Origin: Candidatus Omnitrophota bacterium
Lineage (GTDB): Bacteria > Omnitrophota > Gorgyraeia > Zapsychrales > Fredricksoniimonadaceae
Reading direction: 5' to 3'
Assembly: GCA_002753465.1 (NCBI GenBank)
Contig: PEAF01000002.1
Location: 10,942 to 74,941 of the forward strand
DNA: 64,000 bases
Shown here: in pieces, positions 20,118 through 29,204 of the stretch
Layout: each line of letters begins with the position of its first letter
Numbering within the stretch: position 1 is the stretch's first letter
Notes under the pieces: model-generated
Told to the model about the DNA's origin: nothing
Databases searched by the model: none
The model's input: the letters and a program-made list of their open reading frames with translations, nothing else
Made by a program: the position numbers and the translations under genes

Positions 20118-20765
20118 TCAAACATCCCAACGAAAACTTTTATAAACTCGCATAAGATCATCAAAAGCGAAATCCCCATACTTAATTGGTGAAATTAAAT
20201 CGAGAAGTAATACATGTTTACCTGAAAGGGCGCTTTCACAGGGTATCATGATAGTTGCGTGGAATCTTTCGTCTCCATCTGAAAATCTCCCTTTTACTGT
20301 AAGCAATGCGCCTTTAATGCCCGCATCATTATTTTGAGCAACATCGGCCTTGCCTCCTCCATCAATATTTTCAATCAAATGCTCGGTTTTCTTAGTAAAT
20401 ATTGCCTCATAGTACTGCTCAAATGTTTCATTTGCTTTTACACTTACAATTTGGACTCGTAAATTACTATGTAACTCTTGGCACATAAACCTATAATCAA
20501 AGAAATTATCAGGATTATGTTCGGGATCAATCATCGAATTCAATAACCCTCTTGAAATAAACCAAATATATTTACAATCTTTGAAAGACATTTGATATTT
20601 AAAATATCGGCCTTTAATATCGCCAACTTTCTTGAAAAGAAGACTAAATGCTATAGGATGTGGCGGCTTATTCTTCCCGCCCATCGTTGACAAATCAGTC
20701 CCACAGTGCTTGCAAACTGTCGCGGCATCCTGAATCTCTTCAATACAAAAAGGACATTTTCTCAT
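20118..20765 (-). CDS. Zinc-ribbon domain-containing protein
   Basis: N-terminal CPFC..EI..AA.VCKHCG. Confidence 0.75.
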   Translation of the reverse strand: MRKCPFCIEEIQDAATVCKHCGTDLSTMGGKNKPPHPIAFSLLFKKVGDIKGRYFKYQMSFKDCKYIWFISRGLLNSMIDPEHNPDNFFDYRFMCQELHSNLRVQIVSVKANETFEQYYEAIFTKKTEHLIENIDGGGKADVAQNNDAGIKGALLTVKGRFSDGDERFHATIMIPCESALSGKHVLLLDLISPIKYGDFAFDDLMRVYKSFRWDV

Positions 20766-20807
20766 CTAATTTCATCCCTTTCTACTTACCAATGTTCTTG
20801 TTCAAGA

Positions 20808-21419
20808 TCACAACCCAAATTCACTCTTTAGCACAGCATTCTTCTCTTGATTTAAGCGCTGCTTATCTAACTCCACCTCATTATGAATAATATTAAACGC
20901 AGAAATAATATCTTCTACCCACTCCCCGTGGATAAAACAATCAGGTTCAGCGTTTATCTCCCAGTATGAGGAGCCGGACTTTCTAATGACTCCGTCCAAA
21001 GCGAACTCATAAACTTTCTTATTCTCAACCAATAATCTAAAAGCGCCATATTTTTTTACGCCTAAGAATGAAGACTTACGAAATAGAAAATCGAAAGCCC
21101 TGTTATTTATCATCATTCTTCGACAATCATTAAAGCCTTTCACATCAGGATTGCTTTGATACTTCATCCAAAACCCAAAGTCATAGCTAAAACTGTTTAA
21201 ATCTTTCGGCTTGTTCTTTTCATAATATTGCGACCGTGCATGGCATATTTTCTTGCCAACAACCACAAGGTCGGTGTGTGTCTGACCAAAATCAGACCCC
21301 CAATCGTAAAGCCTAAACATAATTTCACTCAACTTCAAACTTTTAGCCTTCTCTTTCAAAAGACGTATTTTTTCTTTGAGCTCCACTTCAGATACCAATT
21401 CCTGTCCATCGCTAGTCAT
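20808..21419 (-). CDS. Hypothetical protein
   Basis: 203-aa ORF in the tightly packed cargo run. Confidence 0.7.
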   Translation of the reverse strand: MTSDGQELVSEVELKEKIRLLKEKAKSLKLSEIMFRLYDWGSDFGQTHTDLVVVGKKICHARSQYYEKNKPKDLNSFSYDFGFWMKYQSNPDVKGFNDCRRMMINNRAFDFLFRKSSFLGVKKYGAFRLLVENKKVYEFALDGVIRKSGSSYWEINAEPDCFIHGEWVEDIISAFNIIHNEVELDKQRLNQEKNAVLKSEFGL

Positions 21420-21421
21420 AA

Positions 21422-22222
21422 CTATTTTCCCTTCCTGACACCAATACGATATTTAATCGGCATCTTCGGGTCGCGTTCTACCTCAGGAATGCCAACTATC
21501 ATCGCGGGGTATGTCAACTTTAAATCAACCAACGTCACAAAAACTTCCTCTGAAAATTCAAACAAATTCGACCACAACACATTTAAAAAATCTTCAATCT
21601 TTTGGTTGTTAACAGTTGGAATCAAGACTTGGCCCTTGCCAGAAGAATCAATCTTGTAATTTATCATCGGCAAATTAAACCCATTATGCTCAATCTCAGT
21701 ACGAATTTCCCTGAATAACGCATACCATTGACGATCATCCCTAAGCATCTTTACAAACTCTTTGAGCCGCGAATCTTCCCCTCGGCCCAAAATTGACTGT
21801 AACCCCTTCTCAAAGGCAGGATCTTTCTGGAAAAAGAACCCAATGGGATAACCCATAAATGCAGAAAGCTTATCAAGACATTGAAGCGATATTCGTCCTT
21901 TTATAAAAAAATCCTTAAAATTACGATTCAGCTCTTGGGCAATGCTCTCTCTTACCGTCCAAGCATTATTTTGCCCTTCAATTATTTCTCCTGAACTAAT
22001 CTTTCTTGAATGATCATCAATAAGACGAGCACATTCTTTAAATGCCTGTCTACACTCCGCTAAATTATTAAATAAAGGCTCGTATAATCCATCGAACTCT
22101 TTGATCTGAACCTCGCCGCACATCACAAAATTCCTTAACTCCAAATTTTGACACATCATTCTAGCAAAAAAAGGATCAGCAGTTCCCTCGTCAGAAATCT
22201 TTTGTATTAGGAACGGCTTCAT
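21422..22222 (-). CDS. Putative HEPN-domain protein (Cthe_2314-like)
   Basis: All-helical character with WY..F..IRTEIEH (Rx4H motif). Confidence 0.6.
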   Translation of the reverse strand: MKPFLIQKISDEGTADPFFARMMCQNLELRNFVMCGEVQIKEFDGLYEPLFNNLAECRQAFKECARLIDDHSRKISSGEIIEGQNNAWTVRESIAQELNRNFKDFFIKGRISLQCLDKLSAFMGYPIGFFFQKDPAFEKGLQSILGRGEDSRLKEFVKMLRDDRQWYALFREIRTEIEHNGFNLPMINYKIDSSGKGQVLIPTVNNQKIEDFLNVLWSNLFEFSEEVFVTLVDLKLTYPAMIVGIPEVERDPKMPIKYRIGVRKGK

Positions 22223-22680
22223 TTATACTTAATCGCCTTTGCCTTTATGTTTATAACTTTTTGTGATGTTGTCTCAGAAACAGGCATTGTCCCTACAGTG
22301 TTCCCATACGCGTCTTTTACTGATTCTTGTGTTATATCCGTATCTGTCCTGCTTCCTAATGATGTTTGAATATCCATTAAACCATCAGCCCCAATATTTC
22401 TTGCTTTCGTTTCCAATAATGGCCTCAGGTTGCTATCACGAATAACATACCCCATAACCTCACCTATCACTTCATACGGCTTCTGAGGTTTGTCTCCAAA
22501 AAACAAATCAATCGGATAGTCCTTTGTCTGAGGGGGATAGACACTCTTGTTGTAATTAACAAATGACAGCTGCCTATTAGCTGCAGAACCACCAAGCAGA
22601 TTGCCAAGAAGACCGCCGGATTCAGTAGCGCACCCAGTAGTCAAGACAACCAAAGCCAACAAACAAAAGATTTTTCTCAT
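22219..22680 (-). CDS. Lipoprotein
   Basis: Lipobox LTTGC; KPYEVIGEV...KARNIGADGL motif. Confidence 0.8.
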   Translation of the reverse strand: MRKIFCLLALVVLTTGCATESGGLLGNLLGGSAANRQLSFVNYNKSVYPPQTKDYPIDLFFGDKPQKPYEVIGEVMGYVIRDSNLRPLLETKARNIGADGLMDIQTSLGSRTDTDITQESVKDAYGNTVGTMPVSETTSQKVINIKAKAIKYK

Positions 22681-22853
22681 AATAACAGTCCTCTCCTTTT
22701 CGACGACCATAACTCTATACTTCTAAGCCTTCTTCTCCACAAATACTCTAATATCTGAATCAACAAATTTTGTGGATATTGTATCATCTGCGACGATATT
22801 CACAAACCGGAATTTTCCGCACACCCAGACATTCAGGCATTATGTCGGGTCAC

Positions 22854-22891
22854 AGAAACAAAAAAGCCTGATCCCATATCTGGAACCAGGC
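22854..22891 (-). terminator. Intrinsic terminator
   Basis: GCCTGGTTCC/GGGATCAGGC stem followed by a T-tract. Confidence 0.65.
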
Positions 22892-22930
22892 GCTGAGTAT
22901 TTCCTCTAAAAACCAAACATGCTGCTTTCT

Positions 22931-23641
22931 CTATGCCCCTTCCTTCGTGTTTTTCGACTTGATTGATTCTTTCATAAACTCAGCAAAAAGATTTCCCATT
23001 ATTTCAGAGACGGACAGGCCATTAATCTTTTCCTTGCTAACAAGATGCTTTGCTTGTGCCATAATCTTCTCAACTGGAGATCCAATGGCAAGAAGATCAT
23101 CATATGTCCTATGGGCGGCATTTCTTGCGATAAGATAACCGCAAAGATAGGCCGCTCCAATAACAGAAGACACATGAACAACTTGTTCATCAGTAAGTGC
23201 CTCCGGCATCATCGATGATTCGGCCTGAATAAATCTATTTACTTCATTAAAAAAGATCGGTTCTGCTTCGGCCAGAAACTTTAATATTTCTCGACCCTTC
23301 TCTGCGTCGGCAAGCGTCCCGTGAACATCCTGTATAATCTCCCGCGTTACGCTGTGCTCACCATGGCTTTTATTTAAATGCTTCAGTGGCGTCTCTTCTT
23401 CTGCCTCATCTTGTAAAGCAACGCCCTCCTCATCAGGCATCGGCCCATCACTTATTTTCTCCACATGTACATCAGCAATAGCTTGAATATCGCCGTCGTC
23501 TTTTAAATCTTCTAAAACATTATGAGCTAACAATTCAATCGCATGTTCCTCACAAGTTGCTTCAAGATCATATTCAATATGTGCCGAGACCGTCCATGTC
23601 TTCCGATCCTGTTCCATAAAACCCCCTGCGTTATTCCTCAT
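22931..23641 (-). CDS. Hypothetical acidic protein
   Basis: 236-aa ORF (alternative start at 23617); first gene inside the element's right end. Confidence 0.7.
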   Translation of the reverse strand: MRNNAGGFMEQDRKTWTVSAHIEYDLEATCEEHAIELLAHNVLEDLKDDGDIQAIADVHVEKISDGPMPDEEGVALQDEAEEETPLKHLNKSHGEHSVTREIIQDVHGTLADAEKGREILKFLAEAEPIFFNEVNRFIQAESSMMPEALTDEQVVHVSSVIGAAYLCGYLIARNAAHRTYDDLLAIGSPVEKIMAQAKHLVSKEKINGLSVSEIMGNLFAEFMKESIKSKNTKEGA

Positions 23642-23691
23642 TTATTCGCGTTAACAGGTTCAAAATGTTCATGCGCCAACGTGACCAATCG

Positions 23692-23727
23692 TCAACCAAA
23701 GGTCTGGAGATACACTTTATTATTCAT
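23692..23727 (-). pseudogene. miaB: Displaced miaB 5' fragment MNNKVYLQTFG*
   Basis: ATG AAT AAT AAA GTG TAT CTC CAG ACC TTT GGT TGA; would join in frame to TGT CAG ATG AAT at the left junction. Confidence 0.88.
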
Positions 23728-23749
23728 TTTGTTATTATCAAGATCATGT

Positions 23750-24493
23750 TTATTGCTTGGGAGAAAAATACCAGTTTAATGGATCATACGGTAAATATTT
23801 ATCAATCCGCTCGTACCCGTACTTTTGAAAATAATCCAGAATCTTTTTGCTTGTCCGGCGGGCATGTTCAATACAAACAAGTTCAGGTCTGAATTTCTTA
23901 ATATTAAAGCCTGCCAAGGCCTCGGGCTCCCCGCCTTCAATATCCATCGAAAGGAAATCTATCTTTGATACTCCATTCTGATCTAGTAAAGCATCAAGGG
24001 TAATGGCCGGAGCTTCTTGCTGTTTTATATTAGGACTCTGGATATGGTGGTATTTCACAGAAGCTTTCAAGAACCTTACATTTGCTGAAGAAAGTGCTTT
24101 TGCATTTAAAAGTGCGAAAAACGGTTCATTATTAGCCGAATGGTCAGTGACAATGAATCTGAAAAACCTGGTTTTCGGCCGATATTTTAAATACGCATCC
24201 GCATACTCAGCCAGGGCGTCAACCGCTATGCCTGCCCAGCCAAGATGTTGCTCAAGATAATACGTCGTGCTCATGTCTTTATAATCCGCGCACCCTACAT
24301 CAAGAAAAACACCGTTGGAACGGTCATTGAAGAAATCTCGGATTATAAGCTCTTCATTATATTGCGAGTAGAGCTTAACCCCATTATCGAGAATCTCACC
24401 TGCAATGGCATTGTCTTTATGCGCCCAAGGAACGATCTCGTTTACTAAAAATAAATTTAATATAGTAATGAAAATCACAATTATCTTATTCAT
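23750..24493 (-). CDS. FkbM-family methyltransferase
   Basis: FLDVGC, ITLDALL and IDFLSMDIEGGE motifs. Confidence 0.9.
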   Translation of the reverse strand: MNKIIVIFITILNLFLVNEIVPWAHKDNAIAGEILDNGVKLYSQYNEELIIRDFFNDRSNGVFLDVGCADYKDMSTTYYLEQHLGWAGIAVDALAEYADAYLKYRPKTRFFRFIVTDHSANNEPFFALLNAKALSSANVRFLKASVKYHHIQSPNIKQQEAPAITLDALLDQNGVSKIDFLSMDIEGGEPEALAGFNIKKFRPELVCIEHARRTSKKILDYFQKYGYERIDKYLPYDPLNWYFSPKQ

Positions 24494-24540
24494 TAATGCA
24501 ACTTTTCTTCCCTGTCATCATAATATTAAATTTATCCAAC

Positions 24541-24727
24541 ACCCAAATTGGGGACAGTTGAAGTACTTTAAACTCCCAATCCTTGATCTTACCCCAATAT
24601 TGACGCGGAGTCGGGCTGTCAGTTAAAGCCTCTACCACATCAACAACACTGAAAAACCATTCATTCTCATGAAAGACTCGCCTGATCTTCTATACTCAAA
24701 CACAACAAGCGATTTATTTTTATCCAT
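24541..24727 (-). pseudogene. Bro-N domain (phage antirepressor-like) pseudogene
   Basis: MDKNKSLVVFE, then a frameshift to KIRRVFHENEWFFSVVDVVEALTDSPTPRQYWGKIK...LSPIWV, then truncated. Confidence 0.75.
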
Positions 24728-24830
24728 AAACCTTCTCCAAGGTTTTAATCAAGATCGTGAAACTTTCTACTCTTTTTCGCTTATCTTCTGTAACAGATTC
24801 AAAATCATCCCACGCCAACGCGAACAATCG

Positions 24831-24863
24831 TCAGCCGATAGTCTGAAGAAATATATTTTTCAT
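24831..24863 (-). pseudogene. miaB: Second displaced miaB 5' fragment MKNIFLQTIG*
   Basis: ATG AAA AAT ATA TTT CTT CAG ACT ATC GGC TGA, 11 nt after the ABC ATPase stop, with an AGGA RBS. Confidence 0.78.
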
Positions 24864-24874
24864 TGATCCTGCCA

Positions 24875-25720
24875 TTACCTAACTTTCGCTGGTGCTCTTA
24901 ATGCGTAATAATACCCATCCTTGATATTAATATCGACGGGCGTGCCGAACAACTTACTGACATTCTTTCCCGTCAAAACAGCCGACTTATCCCCATCCAT
25001 ACAGAACTTGCCATCTTTCATCAGAACAACCCGCCCTATTTCAGGAATGATGTCGGAAAGATTGTGCGTAACAAGAATAATGCTCGTGCCTGATCGAGCT
25101 ATCTTACGAAGCATGTCTGTGAACTTGTAAAGGGCATGAAGATCCAGGCTTGTCGTAGGCTCGTCCAGTATCAATGCTTTGGGGTCATGGACCAAAGCCC
25201 TTCCGATCAAAAAACGGCGAGCTTCACCTGAAGACATCTCATTCATTTTCCTATGCTTCAGGTGATCGATCTCAAGAAATTCAATAACCCTTCCAGCCTT
25301 CTTCTTCATGGCAGGAGTCAGGCGCTCCTTGAACAAACCGATGCTACTAAAAAACCCTGACAAAACAACTTCAAGTCCAGTTATATCTCTCGTACAAACG
25401 TGTTGAAGGTCATTGGATACTATCCCCAGCAATTTCCTCAGCTCGGAAATATTCCATCGTTCCTGACCTAATATCCTGCATGAACTAGCCCTGTCATCTT
25501 TCAGGACCGGATAATACTCGCGTGTTATAACTTTGATCAAAGAAGACTTACCCGCGCCGTTGGGGCCCAAAATAGCAAGATTATCGCCTTCATAGATCTT
25601 AAGGGATATCGAATTAAGAACCTTGGCCTTCACTCCTTTAAGAACAGTGAGATCTTTGAATTCTAATAAAGGGACTTCCTGGTCGTTCATATTTTTAAAC
25701 TCACTTACCAATATCTTCAT
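24875..25720 (-). CDS. ABC transporter ATP-binding protein (ModF-like)
   Basis: GPNGAGKS, MSSGE and ILDEPT motifs. Confidence 0.9.
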   Translation of the reverse strand: MKILVSEFKNMNDQEVPLLEFKDLTVLKGVKAKVLNSISLKIYEGDNLAILGPNGAGKSSLIKVITREYYPVLKDDRASSCRILGQERWNISELRKLLGIVSNDLQHVCTRDITGLEVVLSGFFSSIGLFKERLTPAMKKKAGRVIEFLEIDHLKHRKMNEMSSGEARRFLIGRALVHDPKALILDEPTTSLDLHALYKFTDMLRKIARSGTSIILVTHNLSDIIPEIGRVVLMKDGKFCMDGDKSAVLTGKNVSKLFGTPVDINIKDGYYYALRAPAKVR

Positions 25721-26153
25721 TCCAAAGGGCAGGAGATTTTTTAATGAATGATTCCATCATTTGGATACATTCAGCGTCCTGGAGAACATCGATCGAAACA
25801 CCACTCTGTCGCAACAGGCCCTCCGCCCCCAGGAATGTTTTATTCTCACCTATAACCACACGGCGTATTCCATAAAGAAGCATTGTCCCTGCACACATCA
25901 TACAAGGGGAAAGTGTTGTGTACATTATGCAGTCCCGATAAACAGCTGCATTTTGACGACCCGCATTCTCCATGGCATCAGTCTCACCATGTAAAATAAC
26001 ACTGTTTTTTTGGACCCGGCGATTATGGCCGCGACCGATGATCCTGCCTTTATACACCAGAACGGCACCAATAGGTATGCCACCCTCAACGAGGCCGGCC
26101 TTAGCCTCCTCTATAGCTTCCTTCATAAAACTATCCATAAAACTCCATAACAA
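25701..26153 (-). CDS. Cytosine/nucleoside deaminase
   Basis: HGE and PCMMC zinc motifs. Confidence 0.9.
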   Translation of the reverse strand: MLWSFMDSFMKEAIEEAKAGLVEGGIPIGAVLVYKGRIIGRGHNRRVQKNSVILHGETDAMENAGRQNAAVYRDCIMYTTLSPCMMCAGTMLLYGIRRVVIGENKTFLGAEGLLRQSGVSIDVLQDAECIQMMESFIKKSPALWNEDIGK

Positions 26154-26174
26154 TAACCCAGAACATGAAGAAAA

Positions 26175-27815
26175 TTAACCGGCAGATATCTTTACAATAT
26201 ATTTATCGCCAATAACCTTCAACAAGACCGGGTTCATTCCATTGTGCTGAGAAAACGTACGCAGATCCTCCCAATCGTGATCAGATACAACTCCGTACGT
26301 TACACCTTGACGTCGCAAGAAAGCAATCAATTCCTCATGTGAATCCAGGTTCTCAATTGGATGAGGACTGAAATAATTCTTTCCATTGATATTCATTAAG
26401 GCTACATCTTTATTCAGATAATATTTAACGCTTCGCGCAAAAAACTTTGAAGAGATAATCTTTCCGCTCGCCGCAGGTTGCTCAGATAAATATTGAGCTG
26501 CCGCTTGAGTTGAGACATAAGGTTCAATATTCTTATGAAGTAACAAAGCTCCGAAAAAGACCAGGGGTAATTGGACACTAAAGCAAACAAAAGCCTCACG
26601 TATGCGCCCATGCCAAATATAAAAAGCAGTGAGGCCTAAAAATATAATTTCTCCTGCCCCAATAGCCAGGAATTTCGGCGTAAATGAAACGTAATGGCTG
26701 AATTTTAAGGGCCCGATCAAAAGAACAAGAAGTATCACGGCACACAACGAGAAGGTCCACCACAACATAGTTTTGAACTTTTTCTTGTTTTCCTCGTAAC
26801 AACTAACCCAGCAATCCCCCGTCAGAAGCGCCATCGCCGGGAAAAGAGGAAAAATATAGCTCACCAACTTTGAATGCGCTACCTGAAAGACTATAAAAAC
26901 CACAAGTATCCAAAGGATCAAGAACTGCTGAAAATTAGTAGCTCTTCCTTTTATAAAAGAACTTCCAGACCGCCATAAGCCGGCGCCCGCGAACAGGACC
27001 CACGGGAACATACAGCCCAACATTGAAGCCGGGTAAAAATACCAACGGTCATTCTTTAAATGCTCGGCCTCTAAAAGCCGCCGCCAATGATCATTGTAGA
27101 AAAACTCCTTAATAAACACATCGCCGTAGCGCTTGAACATTAATGCATACCAGGGTACTGACAGTAAAAGCATGAGAACAAAACCCAAGAGAAACGCACG
27201 CACGGCCATGAACTTGATCTCACGTCTCATCAAAAGGAAAATAAAAATAGTCAACAAGGGTATGGCATAACCTAAGGGGCCCTTGGTCAAAACAGCTAAG
27301 GCCGCAAAGATATGAAAAAAGATCAGTCCGCTACTCTTAAAAGTCGGCCTGGCATACGCCACATAAAATGAAGCCAGTGACAGAAGAATAAAAACAGTAA
27401 AGATCATGTCCGTAAAGACAGTCCTGGCAAGCCCTATATACAGCCCCGAACTCATAAGCATCAAAGCGCTGATCAAAGCTCGACGCGAATCGTTAAATGC
27501 AACCTTACCGAGCCAATATGCAGCAAACCCTCCCAAAAGAGCAAAAAAAGCAGGGAAAAATCTTGCCGCAAATGAATTCTCACCAAAAATCAAAAAACCA
27601 ATACGGATAAGATCATAGGTCAAAACAGGTTTTTCAAATTGCGGATGGTCAAACAGATAAGGCGTTGTCCATGTGCACTGACGTGCCATTTCCTTCGCAG
27701 TGCCGGCGTAAAAAACCTCATCAGGATTTGTAAGACTTAAAACATTATTTCCGATAAAGAAAGCTAATAAACCAAAAATTAAAAGAAATAGACTATTACG
27801 CAAACATAGGTTCAT
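26175..27815 (-). CDS. ArnT/GT39-family glycosyltransferase
   Basis: DEVFY, FEKPVL and LTKGP motifs; multiple TM helices. Confidence 0.88.
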   Translation of the reverse strand: MNLCLRNSLFLLIFGLLAFFIGNNVLSLTNPDEVFYAGTAKEMARQCTWTTPYLFDHPQFEKPVLTYDLIRIGFLIFGENSFAARFFPAFFALLGGFAAYWLGKVAFNDSRRALISALMLMSSGLYIGLARTVFTDMIFTVFILLSLASFYVAYARPTFKSSGLIFFHIFAALAVLTKGPLGYAIPLLTIFIFLLMRREIKFMAVRAFLLGFVLMLLLSVPWYALMFKRYGDVFIKEFFYNDHWRRLLEAEHLKNDRWYFYPASMLGCMFPWVLFAGAGLWRSGSSFIKGRATNFQQFLILWILVVFIVFQVAHSKLVSYIFPLFPAMALLTGDCWVSCYEENKKKFKTMLWWTFSLCAVILLVLLIGPLKFSHYVSFTPKFLAIGAGEIIFLGLTAFYIWHGRIREAFVCFSVQLPLVFFGALLLHKNIEPYVSTQAAAQYLSEQPAASGKIISSKFFARSVKYYLNKDVALMNINGKNYFSPHPIENLDSHEELIAFLRRQGVTYGVVSDHDWEDLRTFSQHNGMNPVLLKVIGDKYIVKISAG

Positions 27816-29200
27816 GGTAGCTCCAGGGTTCGCCAAGCGGTTTCATCCAAGGTTAGATCATAAAGGGCTGTTTTAGCGCTGCTTAATATGCGCTCAGGAT
27901 TTCCCAATAACGCTAAGGGAACTTTAAAAATCAGCTCCTTATCTTTCTCGATAAAGATAATTTCTTTTGAACTGATCGTCTTCTTTTTATCTTTTACGTG
28001 AAACCCGTTAATGCCGAATATCAATGAGATCTTTGGCATTTGCGCGAAAGGGATGGTCCTATTATAACCCATCAGATAAACAGATATCCCGAACTCTTTA
28101 TCCATTGATCGACGTAGCTTAAGTTTGACAACTAAATAATTTCCTTGCCGGGCATAGAATGTCCCGGCAAAATGATTGTCCGCATCACTTTTAATACGAT
28201 TCTTTGGCTTCTTAAGCGTCGAGACATCAGACCAGACAAGCTCAGTATCTGACGCCAACTGTTTTACTAGAGTGACCATGGGAAAGTCACCAAAAAGTTC
28301 GTTCTGACGCACAAAAGTTACCAGGTATCTTGGTGCGTACTTGATCTGTGACGGATACTCAAGAATGGCATCATACTTCTTCCCGATCTCAAAAGGACCT
28401 AACGGCTGTTTTATCCAGTTAATATTGCTATGTTCAAAACCTGGCGGAACATCTAAGAATAACTCCGGATGATACCCGCGTGGCACTGGCCATGCCTGAA
28501 CATGGATAATATAAGGATAAATTAAAGGCGGCTCCACCTTGCGCTCATTCTCAAGATCCCACAGGGCGATCCGCGTAAAAAGGTAAGTGGAACGATGATC
28601 ACGGTTCACATCGGCCGGATGAGTAACAAAAACCATTGTTGGTTTATACGCCTCTATCACGCGTTTAAGGTCAGCAAGAATATTATCACCGATATAGGCA
28701 GCTCCCGGTGACAAAGCCTCAGGGTACGGCACCTTACGGACCCTGGCAAGCATGCTGCGAAAAGGCTTTACATCGCCCCAGTATTTCAGAAAGATCTCCA
28801 TAGTCCCGTAATCAGGATACCCCAAAGAAACAACATCTTCTGGGGCTACGCCTAAAAGATGCATGGCATCAACGGTCTCTCTCCGGCGAACTTCTCCCAA
28901 ACGTAAAAATTCTTTCGGCTTCAGGACAATCCTGTGCTCATAAACAATAAAGGCAAACTCGTTATTCTCTCCCTGGGTCAATAAGCAGATCTTGACCTTT
29001 GCCCCCGCCTTGATGGCCTGCTGAATAACGCCCGAAGCACCGATTGTTTCGTCATCCGGATGCGGTGCTACCACCAGAACGCGGTCATCGCTTGAAAACT
29101 TGATCGATGGCTCATTGACGGTTTCAGCTGCAACTGAAAAACATGGACCGAGAGCCATGTAAACAAATAAAACAAGCGCCTTCTTTAGAAAATTATTCAT
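27812..29200 (-). CDS. PIG-L family deacetylase
   Basis: APHPDDE, YPD and HPAD..RDH motifs; signal peptide. Confidence 0.88.
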   Translation of the reverse strand: MNNFLKKALVLFVYMALGPCFSVAAETVNEPSIKFSSDDRVLVVAPHPDDETIGASGVIQQAIKAGAKVKICLLTQGENNEFAFIVYEHRIVLKPKEFLRLGEVRRRETVDAMHLLGVAPEDVVSLGYPDYGTMEIFLKYWGDVKPFRSMLARVRKVPYPEALSPGAAYIGDNILADLKRVIEAYKPTMVFVTHPADVNRDHRSTYLFTRIALWDLENERKVEPPLIYPYIIHVQAWPVPRGYHPELFLDVPPGFEHSNINWIKQPLGPFEIGKKYDAILEYPSQIKYAPRYLVTFVRQNELFGDFPMVTLVKQLASDTELVWSDVSTLKKPKNRIKSDADNHFAGTFYARQGNYLVVKLKLRRSMDKEFGISVYLMGYNRTIPFAQMPKISLIFGINGFHVKDKKKTISSKEIIFIEKDKELIFKVPLALLGNPERILSSAKTALYDLTLDETAWRTLELP

Positions 29201-29204
29201 AAAC

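Larger units (their letters stand above)
12450..23697 (-). mobile_element. Integrative element with a large serine recombinase, inserted in the miaB 5' end
   Basis: Core CAACC at 12450-12454 and 23693-23697 (CAACCGAAAGT vs CAACCAAAGGT); displaced miaB start MNNKVYLQTFG* at the far end; recombinase, Xis-like, rep and TA genes inside; AT-rich cargo. Confidence 0.9.
23693..24836 (-). mobile_element. Relic of an earlier related element in the same miaB site
   Basis: Bounded by a second junction (GGCTGACGATTG...) homologous to the first; contains a Bro-N pseudogene and an FkbM gene; no recombinase. Confidence 0.65.

Noticed and set aside
23638-23727. TGA at the MiaB Cys position read as selenocysteine (TFG-U-RLVTLAHEHF...)
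   Set aside because: The downstream residues are not MiaB-like, the frame soon closes, and conservation between the two junctions is higher in the recombinase-tail frame. The TGA is explained by the junction.
24611-24627. Plus-strand TCGGGCTGTCAGTTAAA resembling the miaB att core in inverted orientation
   Set aside because: It lies inside the Bro-N pseudogene (antisense of LTDSP) and has no flanking similarity, so it is probably chance.
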